Positions 8,902 through 19,828 are shown, numbered from the stretch's first letter. The stretch: 32,000 nucleotides of DNA from an uncultured Nitrosopumilaceae archaeon (GCA_964475825.1 CAYYXT010000004.1:60958-92957), one strand, 5' to 3'. Made by a program: numbers and translations. Notes: generated by a model not told the origin, from the letters alone.

Positions 8902-9449
8902 GCTTTAGAAAAATCAAGATTAGGGTACTGCTTACTTATTTTAGAGTCTACCATCAATTTTACTTCATTTAGTACTGATGATGATTCAATATTAGATTGA
9001 CCAAAATCAAATCTAGCCTCGGTAAGAATTGCAGAATCTAAAATAATACTTCCTAAATGAACTGATAACTCAGAAAGATTTTGACTGCAGGTAGGAAGCA
9101 GGTTAAAAAGTTGAGCACTCACAGTCCTCATCATAGAGATTGTCAAAGGTAAAAGTTCAGGGATACTGTTTATTCCAGAGATAGAGTTCATTCTCTTTTG
9201 AATTTGAGAGAGAATTTCTAATGAAAAGGCAATGGTTCTTTCAAAATCAAGTGCTTTGACATAAGTATGGTCGTCATCATCTAGTTCTAAGAAATTACGG
9301 TTTAATTTTTTTAGTTCAGTTTTTTTCCTTTTTAAAATATCCACAATACTATTTAGTAAATCGTTTGAATATTCGAGTCGTGGAACAATAGTGACAGTTT
9401 GAGATACGTTCACACATTCTATTCTAACCAGATTTGAATTACACATCAT
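8889..9449 (-). CDS. hypothetical helical protein (186 aa), possible divergent ESCRT-III/CdvB-like protein
   Basis: Overlaps the start of the 168-aa ORF by 13 nt. The segment IAFSLEILSQIQKRMNSISGINSIPELLPLTISMMRTVSAQLFNLLPTCSQNLSELSVHLGSII resembles, as I recall the sequence, the helix-2 to helix-4 region of crenarchaeal CdvB (..P....L...V..Q....P.....L..). Confidence 0.55.
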   Translation of the reverse strand: MMCNSNLVRIECVNVSQTVTIVPRLEYSNDLLNSIVDILKRKKTELKKLNRNFLELDDDDHTYVKALDFERTIAFSLEILSQIQKRMNSISGINSIPELLPLTISMMRTVSAQLFNLLPTCSQNLSELSVHLGSIILDSAILTEARFDFGQSNIESSSVLNEVKLMVDSKISKQYPNLDFSKACNT

Positions 9450-9609
9450 GCCAATTTGTCAACAGAGATTTGATATTTCAGGACAGTGTCACAATTTTAT
9501 CAGTAACTGCAGTAACATCTCACTATGGTTACAATTTTGAATTTTTTTTAAGTATTTGTGTAAAGGAATTTAGCTCTCAATGTTACCTAATCATGTGTAA
9601 ACTAGAATC

Positions 9610-10770
9610 ATGGTAAACGAACATGCACTAACTGTCAGTCTTGAAGAATTCGGCTTGAGTCAATATGAGGCTCAGGCATATGTTGCCCTTATCTCAAAAG
9701 GAACAATAACGGCAGGCGAACTTGCATATTATTCAGATCTTCCAAGAACCAAAATATATCCCACATTATTAAAGCTGGAAAACAAGAAATTGGCAATAAT
9801 TTCAAAGAGCAAGCCAATCATGTGCACAGCAATTGCACCTGAAGATGCCTTTGATTCAATCATTCATGAGCAGATTAACAAAGTAAATGCAATGAATACC
9901 TTGGTTTCAAATCTAAAAAAAGCAAGTGATGAAAGCAGAAAGTCTAGAGGTTCGGAAGAAAAAAGGTATTTTCATGTTAGTGCAAATAATGTCCTAGAAC
10001 ATCTAAGAATAATGATCGAAGGTTCAAAATCTTCAATCAATATCATGGCAGATCAGTGGGGATTGGAGCTATTAGGAGAATGTAAAGAACAGTTATTATC
10101 AGTGCTTCGTAGGAATTTAGAAGTCAGATTATTGCTCCCATCAACACAGATTTGTTCAGAAGTATACAGAGCAATTCCAAATGAGGTAAAAATCAGAGTT
10201 TCAGACACAATACAAAATTGTTTTGTTTTTGATGAAACAGAAGTATTGATGGTAGACAATGAGAATGGCAAGGGTGCAATATTCTCATCAACAGAAGTGT
10301 TAGGAGTAAATCAAAACAGAATATTTGCAGATATTTGGAGAAATTCAATTAGAACAGAATCACTTGCAGACATGACAAAAGATGAAGCCCAAGAAGTTTA
10401 CAAAATTATTCGCATCATTAATGAAAATGGATTGACGCATATTCTAAATTCAACAATGATTTCAAAAAAACCTGAGTGGGATATGCTCAAATTACTTGAA
10501 AAGAATGGAATTAATTTAAAAAGTAAATCGCTGGATGAAATAATTGAGATCATGGATGCTGCACTACAAATCATGTGTTCAGGTCATGTGAATTTTGATG
10601 CCAATACTAAAAACATAACAATAGAATCAAAATTGAATAGCGGTCATTCTTTGCCATGGGTATCCATTTTGGATGGATGTCTACAAAAACAGGGTTACAA
10701 AACAAGAACAATATATCAAAATAATTCAAGCAAAGGCGAAACGGTCCTCATCAAAATAAGTAAAAGCTAA
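9610..10770 (+). CDS. TrmB-family transcriptional regulator
   Basis: The N-terminus LEEFGLSQYEAQAYVALISKGTITAGELAYYSDLPRTKIYPTLLKLENKKL is the TrmB winged-helix signature. A long C-terminal sensor-like domain follows. Confidence 0.85.
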   Translation: MVNEHALTVSLEEFGLSQYEAQAYVALISKGTITAGELAYYSDLPRTKIYPTLLKLENKKLAIISKSKPIMCTAIAPEDAFDSIIHEQINKVNAMNTLVSNLKKASDESRKSRGSEEKRYFHVSANNVLEHLRIMIEGSKSSINIMADQWGLELLGECKEQLLSVLRRNLEVRLLLPSTQICSEVYRAIPNEVKIRVSDTIQNCFVFDETEVLMVDNENGKGAIFSSTEVLGVNQNRIFADIWRNSIRTESLADMTKDEAQEVYKIIRIINENGLTHILNSTMISKKPEWDMLKLLEKNGINLKSKSLDEIIEIMDAALQIMCSGHVNFDANTKNITIESKLNSGHSLPWVSILDGCLQKQGYKTRTIYQNNSSKGETVLIKISKS

Positions 10771-10798
10771 AATCAGATGACAAATATTTGCAAATATC

Positions 10799-11251
10799 GT
10801 GATTGAAGAAAAAATAAAATTAATTGGAATTAAACTACCCATTCCACCAAGTCCTGCCGGATCTTATATTCCAGTAGTAAAATCAGGCAATTTACTATAT
10901 GTTTCAGGCCAGATCCCGATGGAAGATGGAAAAGTAATATTTACAGGAAAAGTTTCAGATACAAATATTGAAACGGCACAAAAATCAGCGAGGATTTGTG
11001 CAATTAACATACTTGCTCAACTCAAAAAAGAATTAGGAGATTTAGAAAAGATTTCCAAAATTGTGAGATTGTCAGGGTTTGTAAATTCAGTGCCAGAATT
11101 TACACAGCAACCAAAAGTAATCAATGCTGCTTCGGATTTGTTTTATGAAATATTTGGAGAGTGTGGAAAACACTCTAGAATTGCAGTTGGAGTATCAAGT
11201 TTGCCGTTAAATTCAATGACAGAGATTGATGCCATAGTAGAAATAAGATAG
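10799..11251 (+). CDS. RidA/YjgF/UK114-family protein (reactive intermediate deaminase-like)
   Basis: 150 aa, GTG start. YIPVVKSGNLLYVSGQIP...RIAVGVSSLPLNSMTEIDAIVEI is typical of the YjgF fold family. Confidence 0.8.
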   Translation: MIEEKIKLIGIKLPIPPSPAGSYIPVVKSGNLLYVSGQIPMEDGKVIFTGKVSDTNIETAQKSARICAINILAQLKKELGDLEKISKIVRLSGFVNSVPEFTQQPKVINAASDLFYEIFGECGKHSRIAVGVSSLPLNSMTEIDAIVEIR

Positions 11252-11275
11252 TGGAAATCCCAATTTTGAAATTAT

Positions 11276-12325
11276 TTAGTTTAATTTTTTATTGAATTCT
11301 TTAAGGAATGTTTGAATTTTTGGTTTTGGGATAACGGCTCCACATGCTTTATCATGGCCACCACCGGAACCACCAAGTTCAGTTGCAAGAACATTAACAA
11401 TTTTACCCAAGTGAATTTTGCAAGATCTTGATCCTCTGACAGATACGGCATAGATACCATGATCAACTCTTTCTTTGTAGGCAACACCCACGTCTTTTCC
11501 AGACAATCCTAAAACAAAATTAACTGCGCCACTTGCTCCAGAATCCATGATTTCCATATATCCAATGTTTTTCATAGTCTTCATTCCTTTTTTGACTTTG
11601 GCAATTATTAGGGCTAGTTTCTCAACTTGGATTTGCGCAAATTCAAAGGTATTTGGAATTTCATGTGGGAATTTTGAATCAGCCAATTCCTCTACCAAAT
11701 ACAACAAATAATCAGGATCTTTTTGGTGTCCAACTATATTGTAAGTAAGAACAGTTGCATTAATCAAAGCAAATTGTCTATCGTAGATTTGAAGTAATTT
11801 AGAACCAATTGGTCTATCTTCCATATAATCAGTAATAGCAGCACATGCTGCAATGAACGGAGCTTGATCAGAGAGTTTTGATTTGAATGCATTATAGACC
11901 TGAACAGTGGTACATTCATTGATATCATGAATCATTTTAACTTTAATTTTTTCTAATTCTTTTGTAATTTTTGGATCAATATCATGGTGATCAATGTATG
12001 TTACTGTGACATGATTCTTTTTTAAAATTCTTAAGAGTTCAACAAATTCATCTTGATTCTTTTTACTAAGACCTAAATCGCAAATATATAATGATTTTAA
12101 TTTTTCATCTGCACAAACTTTCTGTATAGCCTCCATCTGTCCGGGATAATCAATTAAAACAGAATCACCACCAAAAGCCTGTCTGATCAAAGCTGCAGAA
12201 CTAATACCATCAGCATCTTCTTTGTGTGAAATACAAATAACTTTAGTTCTTTGTTGTTGGGTGATTTTTGTTACAGTTTTTTTATTAACAGTCTTTGTTG
12301 TTTTCTTTGTTTTAGATGCGACCAT
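11276..12325 (-). CDS. DHH/DHHA1-family phosphoesterase (NrnA/RecJ-like) with a Lys/Thr-rich basic N-terminal tail
   Basis: Motifs HKEDADGISS (DHH motif I/II region), YIDHHD (DHH), and GGGHDKACGA (DHHA1 GGGH). The first ~28 aa are a low-complexity K/T tract. Confidence 0.85.
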   Translation of the reverse strand: MVASKTKKTTKTVNKKTVTKITQQQRTKVICISHKEDADGISSAALIRQAFGGDSVLIDYPGQMEAIQKVCADEKLKSLYICDLGLSKKNQDEFVELLRILKKNHVTVTYIDHHDIDPKITKELEKIKVKMIHDINECTTVQVYNAFKSKLSDQAPFIAACAAITDYMEDRPIGSKLLQIYDRQFALINATVLTYNIVGHQKDPDYLLYLVEELADSKFPHEIPNTFEFAQIQVEKLALIIAKVKKGMKTMKNIGYMEIMDSGASGAVNFVLGLSGKDVGVAYKERVDHGIYAVSVRGSRSCKIHLGKIVNVLATELGGSGGGHDKACGAVIPKPKIQTFLKEFNKKLN

Positions 12326-12369
12326 TAGTGTCGATTCACTTGCATACCCTCATTTAAATCAAGAATGAA

Positions 12370-12567
12370 TTATTGCTTTGATTTCTGAGATTCTTGTTTT
12401 ATGCTTTGATTTGCCAAAGATGTAGAATTTACAAATGCATCATAAAACGACAACCCATTCATCTGAGTTTGAATATCAATTTCTTGAATTTTGCGTAATT
12501 CATCTCCAGATGCAGTTAAGACGAGATTATCGAGTTTCTCTAAAAGTTGTCGTTCAGCTGGAGTCAT
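12370..12567 (-). CDS. hypothetical protein (65 aa)
   Basis: ORF track only. Confidence 0.35.
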   Translation of the reverse strand: MTPAERQLLEKLDNLVLTASGDELRKIQEIDIQTQMNGLSFYDAFVNSTSLANQSIKQESQKSKQ

Positions 12568-12680
12568 TTAATTTTTAATTAAAAATAATCATTTATGAGC
12601 CAGAGTTGCCATATTAGACTAATTACTAAACTTCATAGACATGATTTCTTGCGAAAATATAATAAAAGATTTCTCAGAGG

Positions 12681-13850
12681 ATGTGCGTGGAGACAAAAAA
12701 CATAGGCTTGCGCGGGATTCAGGTTGCAGATACAAGAATCTCAAATATTGATGGAGAAAAAGGCAAGCTAATTTACCGTGGTTATGATATCTTAGAACTT
12801 ACAAAAAAATCAAACTATGAAGAAACAGCGTATTTGTTATTACATGATGAATTGCCAACCAAAGAACAACTATCAGAGTTCAAATCCAAATTAAATGAGG
12901 CAAGATGGATTCCCAAAAGAATGCAAATCAACATGGGGAATTGGAGAAAAGATGCAGACCCAATGGACATGCTACAAGCATTTGTTGCAGCACTGGCAGG
13001 ATATTATGATGAAGAATTTGCAACTAAAGAAGCAAGTTACGATAAAGCAATCAACCTAATCGCCAAAGTACCTACAATAATTGCAAGTTGGCAGAGAGTC
13101 AGAGATGGATTAGAAATAGTTGATCCTGATCCAAGTTTAGATCACGCAGCAAATTTTCTCTACATGATGTTTGGGGAAAAACCAGATAAAGAAATTGAAA
13201 AGATTTTTGATACATGTTTGATTCTTCATGCAGAACATACCTTTAATGCATCTACATTTGTTGCAAGACAGGTTGCATCAACTAGAGCACACATGTATTC
13301 AGCAACAAGTGCAGCAATTGGTGCATTAAGCGGAGAACTACATGGTGGAGCAAATACAGAGGTAATGAAGATGCTTTTAGACATAGGTACGATAGACAAT
13401 GTTGTTCCATGGATTAAGGAAAAAATGAGTAAGGGTGAGAGAATTATGGGAATGGGTCATGCAGTGTATAAAACATATGATCCTAGAGCACAAGTTCTAA
13501 AAGAATTATCAGGAAAGCTTGCTGCAAAGACAGGTGAACCATGGTATGACATTACAGAAAAAGTAGAAACGACTACAATTGCAGAAATAAAAATGCAAAA
13601 AGGAAAAGACATCTATCCAAATGTCGATTTGTACAGTGCTTCAATTTACTATATGCTAAAAATTCCAATGGATCTTAATACGCCAATTTTTGCAATAGCA
13701 AGGGTTGCAGGATGGGCAGCACACATAATTGAAGAAAAATTTGCAGAGGCAGCACCAAAGCCTGCATTGTACAGACCAGAAGCAGTCTATGTTGGAAAAT
13801 ATTGCGGACCAGAAGGTTGTGAATACAAAGTTCTGGACTTGAGAAAATAA
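12681..13850 (+). CDS. gltA: citrate synthase (or 2-methylcitrate synthase)
   Basis: 389 aa. The segments GLRGIQVADTRIS..DGEKGKLIYRGYDI, LILHAEHTFNAST and GMGHAVYKTYDPRA carry the catalytic His/His/Asp context of type-I citrate synthases. Confidence 0.95.
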   Translation: MCVETKNIGLRGIQVADTRISNIDGEKGKLIYRGYDILELTKKSNYEETAYLLLHDELPTKEQLSEFKSKLNEARWIPKRMQINMGNWRKDADPMDMLQAFVAALAGYYDEEFATKEASYDKAINLIAKVPTIIASWQRVRDGLEIVDPDPSLDHAANFLYMMFGEKPDKEIEKIFDTCLILHAEHTFNASTFVARQVASTRAHMYSATSAAIGALSGELHGGANTEVMKMLLDIGTIDNVVPWIKEKMSKGERIMGMGHAVYKTYDPRAQVLKELSGKLAAKTGEPWYDITEKVETTTIAEIKMQKGKDIYPNVDLYSASIYYMLKIPMDLNTPIFAIARVAGWAAHIIEEKFAEAAPKPALYRPEAVYVGKYCGPEGCEYKVLDLRK

Positions 13851-13853
13851 TTT

Positions 13854-14189
13854 TTAATTTCTTGTGTTAAGCCATTCTTTTGCTTTAGAGTTCACATCGT
13901 GTTTGTACAATACTTCAAAAACCATATCATAAAATGTGATGCCTTTTTTTTGTGCCTGATCATCTAGCCAACGAATTCCATCAGCCAATTCAGGATCATA
14001 TTCTGAAAATTCTACGAGTTCATCAACCATTTTTGAAAAGAATGTGTGCGACTCTAACATATGTTGATCTTTAAATCTTTGATCATAAGGGCGGGATTCA
14101 AAATATATAGACAAAAAACCGCTTTTTGGTTGACAATTGGAGCATGTTTTATTTTTTGATGGAAATACAAAGAGAATATCTTGGGTCAT
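13854..14189 (-). CDS. hypothetical protein (111 aa)
   Basis: ORF track. No family recognised. Its 5' end overlaps the divergent 126-aa ORF by 53 nt. Confidence 0.5.
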   Translation of the reverse strand: MTQDILFVFPSKNKTCSNCQPKSGFLSIYFESRPYDQRFKDQHMLESHTFFSKMVDELVEFSEYDPELADGIRWLDDQAQKKGITFYDMVFEVLYKHDVNSKAKEWLNTRN

Positions 14190-14517
14190 TCAAACAAACA
14201 ATTCAGTCATAGAGCAAAAAAGAGAACATATTGATATTTACTTGGATAAAGTAACCAATCAACAATCAAAATACATGGGGTTACATGTTGGGATGTTTTG
14301 GGGTATTGGCACATTTATCATAAAAAACCAAGACGTTGTAAAAATAGCAATAGATGACAAACCAATGTTTGAGCATCTATCATTAAAACAAAAAAGTCAT
14401 GATGAATTTATTGAAAAAAGAACTCATTTTATCAGACAGTTAATTGAACAAAGAAAATTAAAAATTCAATACGAATTGATACCCCCAGACAAAAACTTGG
14501 CTGCTAAAAAAATATAA
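14137..14517 (+). CDS. hypothetical protein (126 aa as drawn; the real start may be an internal TTG/ATG)
   Basis: ORF track. The 5' overlap with the divergent gene makes the annotated start doubtful. Confidence 0.4.
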   Translation: MEHVLFFDGNTKRISWVIQTNNSVIEQKREHIDIYLDKVTNQQSKYMGLHVGMFWGIGTFIIKNQDVVKIAIDDKPMFEHLSLKQKSHDEFIEKRTHFIRQLIEQRKLKIQYELIPPDKNLAAKKI

Positions 14518-14855
14518 TGCAAAGGTGCTTAAGACCAAAAACAAGAGTTGCTTGGTGACAGCTCCAATGCATTTTGTATTCATACTAAAAAAAATGAGTC
14601 ATAAAAGAAAGATTTGTTAAACATGATTGACTATAGTTAAAATCAATTAAAGCGATCATATGAGATTTTCAATAGTTTTTTTAGATTTGTGTAAATTTTT
14701 GAAGAAAATCAGAAATTACACATATGGTCAAATTTCAAACTGTAGTGTAAATATTCAGATAAGACGCAGTTTTCTAAATGTTCCAATTATTTTAAATTGT
14801 GAACGTAATAGTAAAGATTAGATTTATTTAGCTTGAGGAAATCCTTGGATCAATT

Positions 14856-15404
14856 ATGGCAGGTATAGATAAAGTAGCAATTGCATTTTCTATTGCAATT
14901 GTAGCTGTCGGTGTAGGATTTGCATTCTATGCGGGTAGCGTTCAAGATAACGCTCCAGCTGTTTCTGCTCCAGTAATTACTAAAACTATGGAGCCAAAAA
15001 TGCAAGCAGGAGAAGAAACATCAACAACAAAAAAAACTGTAGAAGTAAAAGAGGATTTAAAGATTGAAGAAAGATCAGACACACCAGTTGAAGAATCATC
15101 TAAACCAAAAACAGTTAGCGTAACAATTCCAACCGGAACTTCATCTCCAGGCTGTGAAACATCCAATACATGTTATTCACCAACATCAATTACAATCAAT
15201 GCCGGTGATACTGTAGAATGGAAAAATACAGATACAGCAGCACACACAGTAACAGGGGGTAGTCCAGCTGATGGTCCATCTGTATTTGATAGTAGTTTAA
15301 TCATGGGAGGTGCATCATTTGAAAACACATTTGATGAGACAGGAAGCTATGATTACTTCTGCATGGTACATCCGTGGATGGTTGGAAACGTTCAAGTGAA
15401 CTAA
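14856..15404 (+). CDS. membrane-anchored blue (type 1) copper protein, plastocyanin/halocyanin-like cupredoxin
   Basis: N-terminal hydrophobic anchor (IAFSIAIVAVGVGFAFYAG), an E/K/T/S/P-rich linker, then a cupredoxin domain. Cu ligands are His in TAAHTVT and Cys-x2-His-x2-Met in YFCMVHPWM. Confidence 0.85.
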   Translation: MAGIDKVAIAFSIAIVAVGVGFAFYAGSVQDNAPAVSAPVITKTMEPKMQAGEETSTTKKTVEVKEDLKIEERSDTPVEESSKPKTVSVTIPTGTSSPGCETSNTCYSPTSITINAGDTVEWKNTDTAAHTVTGGSPADGPSVFDSSLIMGGASFENTFDETGSYDYFCMVHPWMVGNVQVN

Positions 15405-15425
15405 CCAAAACTTTTCTCTTTTTTC

Positions 15426-17012
15426 TTATTTTATTTGATTTTTACGTATTGTTCTATTGTATGCCACCCCGAATCTATGAGTCTCATCTCGTGCATGTTG
15501 TAAAATTTTTAATGAAGGTCTATCTTTTGAAATTACAATAGGATTTTTTTGGTTTGGAACAAATATTTCTTCATTTTCTTTAGCAAGTGAAATGCAATCA
15601 AGATTTAATCCAAGTGATTGTAATGACTTGAGTGCAGCATTTAGTTGTCCTTTTCCACCATCAATTAATATCAAATCAGGTAATTGAGAATTTTCTTCCA
15701 ATAACCTAAGATATCTTCGTTTGATGACCTCACTGATCATTGCAAAGTCATCTCTGCCAGAAACTGTTTTAATTTTGAATTTTCGGTATCCAGATTTGTT
15801 TGGTTTACCATCTACAAATCTAGACATCGAACCTACTGCAAAATCATCTCCATGGTTTGAAATATCAAAGCATTCAATGATGTTAGGAATTGCAGACAGA
15901 TGCAATATCTCTTTTAATTCTATCAGGCCAAGATCACCACCCTTGGAATGAATCAATGCAATATTCTTCAAAATCAAATTAATGATATCCTTTCTTTTAC
16001 CACGTTGTGGACGAAGAATTTCAACTGAGAGTCCTGCCTGTTCAGAAAGTAGGGATTCTAAAAGTTTTTTATTTTCAGGAAGTTCACTAACAATGACAAA
16101 TTTTGGGATTTTGTGAATAGTGTAGTATTGAAAAAGAAAATTTGAAAAATTATTGTCCCCAACAAGATCAAAAAAGAATTTGTCGCTGTCGCGTATTACT
16201 CCATTAATCATTCTGAAATTCATTACAGTTACAGTTTGATCTTTATCCTTAATTCCAAAGTATTCCTCATCAGAATTTTTAACATATTCCATTTTTTGTT
16301 TTGTTTGAAGACTACCCAATCTAATCAGAGTATCACGAATATCCTTTGCACGTTCAAATTGTTGTGATGCAGCAGCTTGTGTCATTTCTTCTTTTAATTT
16401 TTTTGTAAAAATATGGGTCTGATTTTTTCCTTTTAGTACTTCTTCTAATGCAGATACATGTTGCAGGTATTTGTCTTGAGCGTCTTTGAATTCACATGGA
16501 CCCTCACAGTTTCCCAAATGATATTCCAGGCATACTTTTTTTGGTAATTGTTTACAGATTCTAATTTGAAATGCTTTTCGTAGAGTACCGATTGTAAGTA
16601 GTTTTGAGCTGCCTTGCATAAACGGACCAAAAATTTTTCCGCCACCTAAAAACTTTCCATCATGTGTTCTTCTTGCAACAAGTAATCTAGGATATTTTTC
16701 GTGGGATATTCTAAGATATGTATAGCGCTGTTGATCTTTTAATTCAATGTTAAACTTGGGCCTATGTTTTTTTATCATATTTGACTCTAAAAGAAATGCC
16801 TCGCTTTCATTATCAGTTAAAACAAATTCAATATCAGAAATGTTTTCCACAAGCTTCTGTGTTTTGTAATTCTGATTTTTTAAAAAATATGACCTTACTC
16901 TGTTTTTTAGATTCTTGGCCTTACCAATATAGATAATTTTTTTATCAGAATCCTTCATCAAATAGATACCAGGATTTGAGGGAATGTTGGTTTTTGAAAT
17001 ATCAAAAGTCAT
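15426..17012 (-). CDS. uvrC: excinuclease ABC subunit C (short form, no C-terminal (HhH)2 domain)
   Basis: GIY-YIG N-terminus (GIYLMKD..IIYIGKAKNLKNRVRSYF), a UVR-like helix (QQFERAKDIRDTLIRL), and an RNase-H-like endonuclease domain ending in RDETHRFGVAYNR. The protein stops about 10 aa later. Confidence 0.95.
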   Translation of the reverse strand: MTFDISKTNIPSNPGIYLMKDSDKKIIYIGKAKNLKNRVRSYFLKNQNYKTQKLVENISDIEFVLTDNESEAFLLESNMIKKHRPKFNIELKDQQRYTYLRISHEKYPRLLVARRTHDGKFLGGGKIFGPFMQGSSKLLTIGTLRKAFQIRICKQLPKKVCLEYHLGNCEGPCEFKDAQDKYLQHVSALEEVLKGKNQTHIFTKKLKEEMTQAAASQQFERAKDIRDTLIRLGSLQTKQKMEYVKNSDEEYFGIKDKDQTVTVMNFRMINGVIRDSDKFFFDLVGDNNFSNFLFQYYTIHKIPKFVIVSELPENKKLLESLLSEQAGLSVEILRPQRGKRKDIINLILKNIALIHSKGGDLGLIELKEILHLSAIPNIIECFDISNHGDDFAVGSMSRFVDGKPNKSGYRKFKIKTVSGRDDFAMISEVIKRRYLRLLEENSQLPDLILIDGGKGQLNAALKSLQSLGLNLDCISLAKENEEIFVPNQKNPIVISKDRPSLKILQHARDETHRFGVAYNRTIRKNQIK

Positions 17013-19828
17013 TGTTTTAGTAATTTTTTGAGATATTTTCCAGTATAGCTTCCAGGGGCTTTTGCAACTTGATCAGGTGTGCCCACAGCAACTATTTTGC
17101 CACCCTCATCACCACCCTCAGGTCCCAAATCAATTAACCAGTCAGAGTTTTTGATTACATCCATGTTGTGCTCAATTACCAGTACTGTATTTCCCAGATT
17201 TACCAGTCTGTTTAGCACATCAAGAAGTTTTTGAACATCTGCAAAATGTAACCCTGTAGTAGGCTCATCAAGAATGTAAAATGTTTTTCCCGTTCCTCTT
17301 TTGGATAACTCGGATGCAAGTTTTACTCTTTGTGCTTCTCCGCCAGACAAAGTAGTAGATGATTGTCCTAGCTTGATGTATCCCAACCCAACATCAAAAA
17401 CGGTTTGTAATTTTCTTCTGATTGAAGGGATATTTTCAAAAAATTGTAGCGCCTCATAAACAGTCATATCCAATACATCTGAAATATTTTTTCCTTTATA
17501 CAAAACTGAAAGAGTTTCAGAGTTGTATCGTTTTCCTTTGCATTCATCGCACTTTACATAAACATCAGATAAAAATTGCATCTCAATTTGTTTTACACCA
17601 TCACCGTCACAAGCAAAACATCTTCCATCAGCTACATTAAAGGAGAATTGCCCTAGTGAATATCCTCTTTCTTTTGATAATTCTGTATTTGCATATAATT
17701 CTCGTATAGAAGTAAATGCACCAATGTATGTCGCAGGATTAGATCTTGGAGTTCGTCCAATTGGTGATTGATCAATTGCAATTACCTTATCAATATTTTC
17801 AAGACCTAAAATTTCACTGTGACTTCCAGATTTCACATTAGACTTGTAAAAATGATTTTCAAGAGATTTTAATAAAATACCATTTATCAAAGTAGATTTT
17901 CCAGAACCAGACACACCCGTTACAGAGACAAAAAGACCTAATGGAATTTCTACATCAATGTTTTTTAGATTATTTTCAGACGCTCCTTTAATAATTAAGG
18001 AACCAGAGCGATTACGTATCTTCTCTTCAAGTTTTATCAATGAATTATGTTTCAAATAATCTCCAGTCACAGATTTATGGCCATTAAGAATTTGGTCGAT
18101 AGTTCCTTCAAAGACTATATTTCCTCCATGTACTCCTGCGCCCGGACCTAAATCTACAATCCAGTCCGAATTTCGTATAACTTCTTCGTCATGCTCCACT
18201 ACAATTACTGTATTTCCAAGATCTCGTAGCTTTGTTAGCGTTTTAATGAGACGTTCATTATCACGTTGATGTAATCCAATTGTAGGCTCATCAAGAACAT
18301 ACAAAACCCCAGTAAGATTAGACCCAATCTGAGTTGCTAATCTAATCCTTTGAGATTCACCACCAGATAAAGTAGAGCTTAATCTATTCAGAGTAAGATA
18401 GTTTAATCCTACATTCATTAAAAATTCTAATCTTGCTTTAATTTCTTTAAGGACATCTCGTGCAATGTATTGTTCATTTTCAGTTAACTTTAATGTAGAG
18501 AAAAAATCATAGCAATGATCAATTGACAAATCACAAACATCCATAATTCCCTTATCGTTAACTTTGACTGCCAATGATTCAGGTTTTAATTTTTTTCCAT
18601 TACACACAGTGCAAGGCGTATCTTGCATGAATTGTTTTAGCCATTCACGTTTTGATTCAGAATCAGTTTCCATAAAAGAGCGTTGAAGGTTAACTAACAC
18701 TCCTTCAAATGCATTAGTATATTGCCAAGAAGAATCGCCAGATTTAGAACTATATTTAAAATCAATTAAATCATTAGTTCCATGCAAAATAATTCGAAGA
18801 TGTTTTGGCGCTATTTTTTCAATAGGTGTCATCAAATCAAAACCAAATTTTTTTCCAACAGCCCTTAATGCTTGTTTTCTAAATGCGGAAAATCTTCCAC
18901 TCCATGGAACAATCGCACCATCTAAAATTGATTTGCTCTTATCAGGAATTACAAGATCTGCATCAAATTCCATCTTCACACCCAATCCATTACATGCCTT
19001 ACACATTCCAAATGGAGAATTAAATGAGAAGGTTCTAGGTTCTAGCTCACCAATTGTCAATCCACAATAAGGACATGCATTGTTTTGTGAAAAAATCTTT
19101 TCTGATTTTTCAGACGAAATCATGACATCTCCTTTTGATGCCTTGATTGCAGTTTGTATTGCCTCAAATAGTCTAGATCTTTCAGATTTTTCTGTCGGTA
19201 TTCTATCTACTACAATCTCAATATTATGCCATTTCTGTCTGTCAAGTGTTGGAAACTGTTCATCTAGGCTCAAAATCTCCCCATCTAGGCGTATTCTAGA
19301 GTATCCATCTTTTTTTATCTGTTCAAATAATTTCTCGTACGTTCCTTTTTTTCTCTGAATAATTGGAGATAAGATCAAAATCTTTTGGCCAGCAAAGTCC
19401 TTAAGAATAGAATCACAAATAGTTTCAACGGATTGACTAGATATTTTTCTAGCACAATTTGTACAGTAAGGAATCCCAATTCTTGCATAAAGTAATCTCA
19501 TGTAATCATAGATTTCAGTAGTTGTTCCAACAGTAGAACGTGGATTCTTATTTGTAGTTTTTTGTTGAATAGATATTGCAGGAGAGAGTCCTTCTATAGA
19601 GTCAACATCAGGTTTGTCCATCAATTCAAGGAACTGTCTTGCATAAGCAGAAAGTGATTCCACATAACGTCTCTGTCCTTCAGCATAAATTGTATCAAAA
19701 GCTAAAGTTGATTTTCCAGAGCCGGATAATCCACTAATAACAACAAGTTTATTTTTTGGAATATCAACATCAATATTTTTTAGATTGTGATGTCTGGCAC
19801 CACGAATTTTTAATTTATTTTCGACCAT
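17009..19828 (-). CDS. uvrA: excinuclease ABC subunit A
   Basis: 939 aa. Two ABC modules ([23 protein letters not shown] signatures) and Zn-finger Cys pairs. ATGA overlap with uvrC. Confidence 0.97.
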   Translation of the reverse strand: MVENKLKIRGARHHNLKNIDVDIPKNKLVVISGLSGSGKSTLAFDTIYAEGQRRYVESLSAYARQFLELMDKPDVDSIEGLSPAISIQQKTTNKNPRSTVGTTTEIYDYMRLLYARIGIPYCTNCARKISSQSVETICDSILKDFAGQKILILSPIIQRKKGTYEKLFEQIKKDGYSRIRLDGEILSLDEQFPTLDRQKWHNIEIVVDRIPTEKSERSRLFEAIQTAIKASKGDVMISSEKSEKIFSQNNACPYCGLTIGELEPRTFSFNSPFGMCKACNGLGVKMEFDADLVIPDKSKSILDGAIVPWSGRFSAFRKQALRAVGKKFGFDLMTPIEKIAPKHLRIILHGTNDLIDFKYSSKSGDSSWQYTNAFEGVLVNLQRSFMETDSESKREWLKQFMQDTPCTVCNGKKLKPESLAVKVNDKGIMDVCDLSIDHCYDFFSTLKLTENEQYIARDVLKEIKARLEFLMNVGLNYLTLNRLSSTLSGGESQRIRLATQIGSNLTGVLYVLDEPTIGLHQRDNERLIKTLTKLRDLGNTVIVVEHDEEVIRNSDWIVDLGPGAGVHGGNIVFEGTIDQILNGHKSVTGDYLKHNSLIKLEEKIRNRSGSLIIKGASENNLKNIDVEIPLGLFVSVTGVSGSGKSTLINGILLKSLENHFYKSNVKSGSHSEILGLENIDKVIAIDQSPIGRTPRSNPATYIGAFTSIRELYANTELSKERGYSLGQFSFNVADGRCFACDGDGVKQIEMQFLSDVYVKCDECKGKRYNSETLSVLYKGKNISDVLDMTVYEALQFFENIPSIRRKLQTVFDVGLGYIKLGQSSTTLSGGEAQRVKLASELSKRGTGKTFYILDEPTTGLHFADVQKLLDVLNRLVNLGNTVLVIEHNMDVIKNSDWLIDLGPEGGDEGGKIVAVGTPDQVAKAPGSYTGKYLKKLLKQ

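Noticed and set aside
9434-9616. 60-aa plus-strand ORF in the 186-aa ORF / trmB divergent intergenic region
   Set aside because: It overlaps the starts of both flanking genes and the region that must hold their promoters. No motif.
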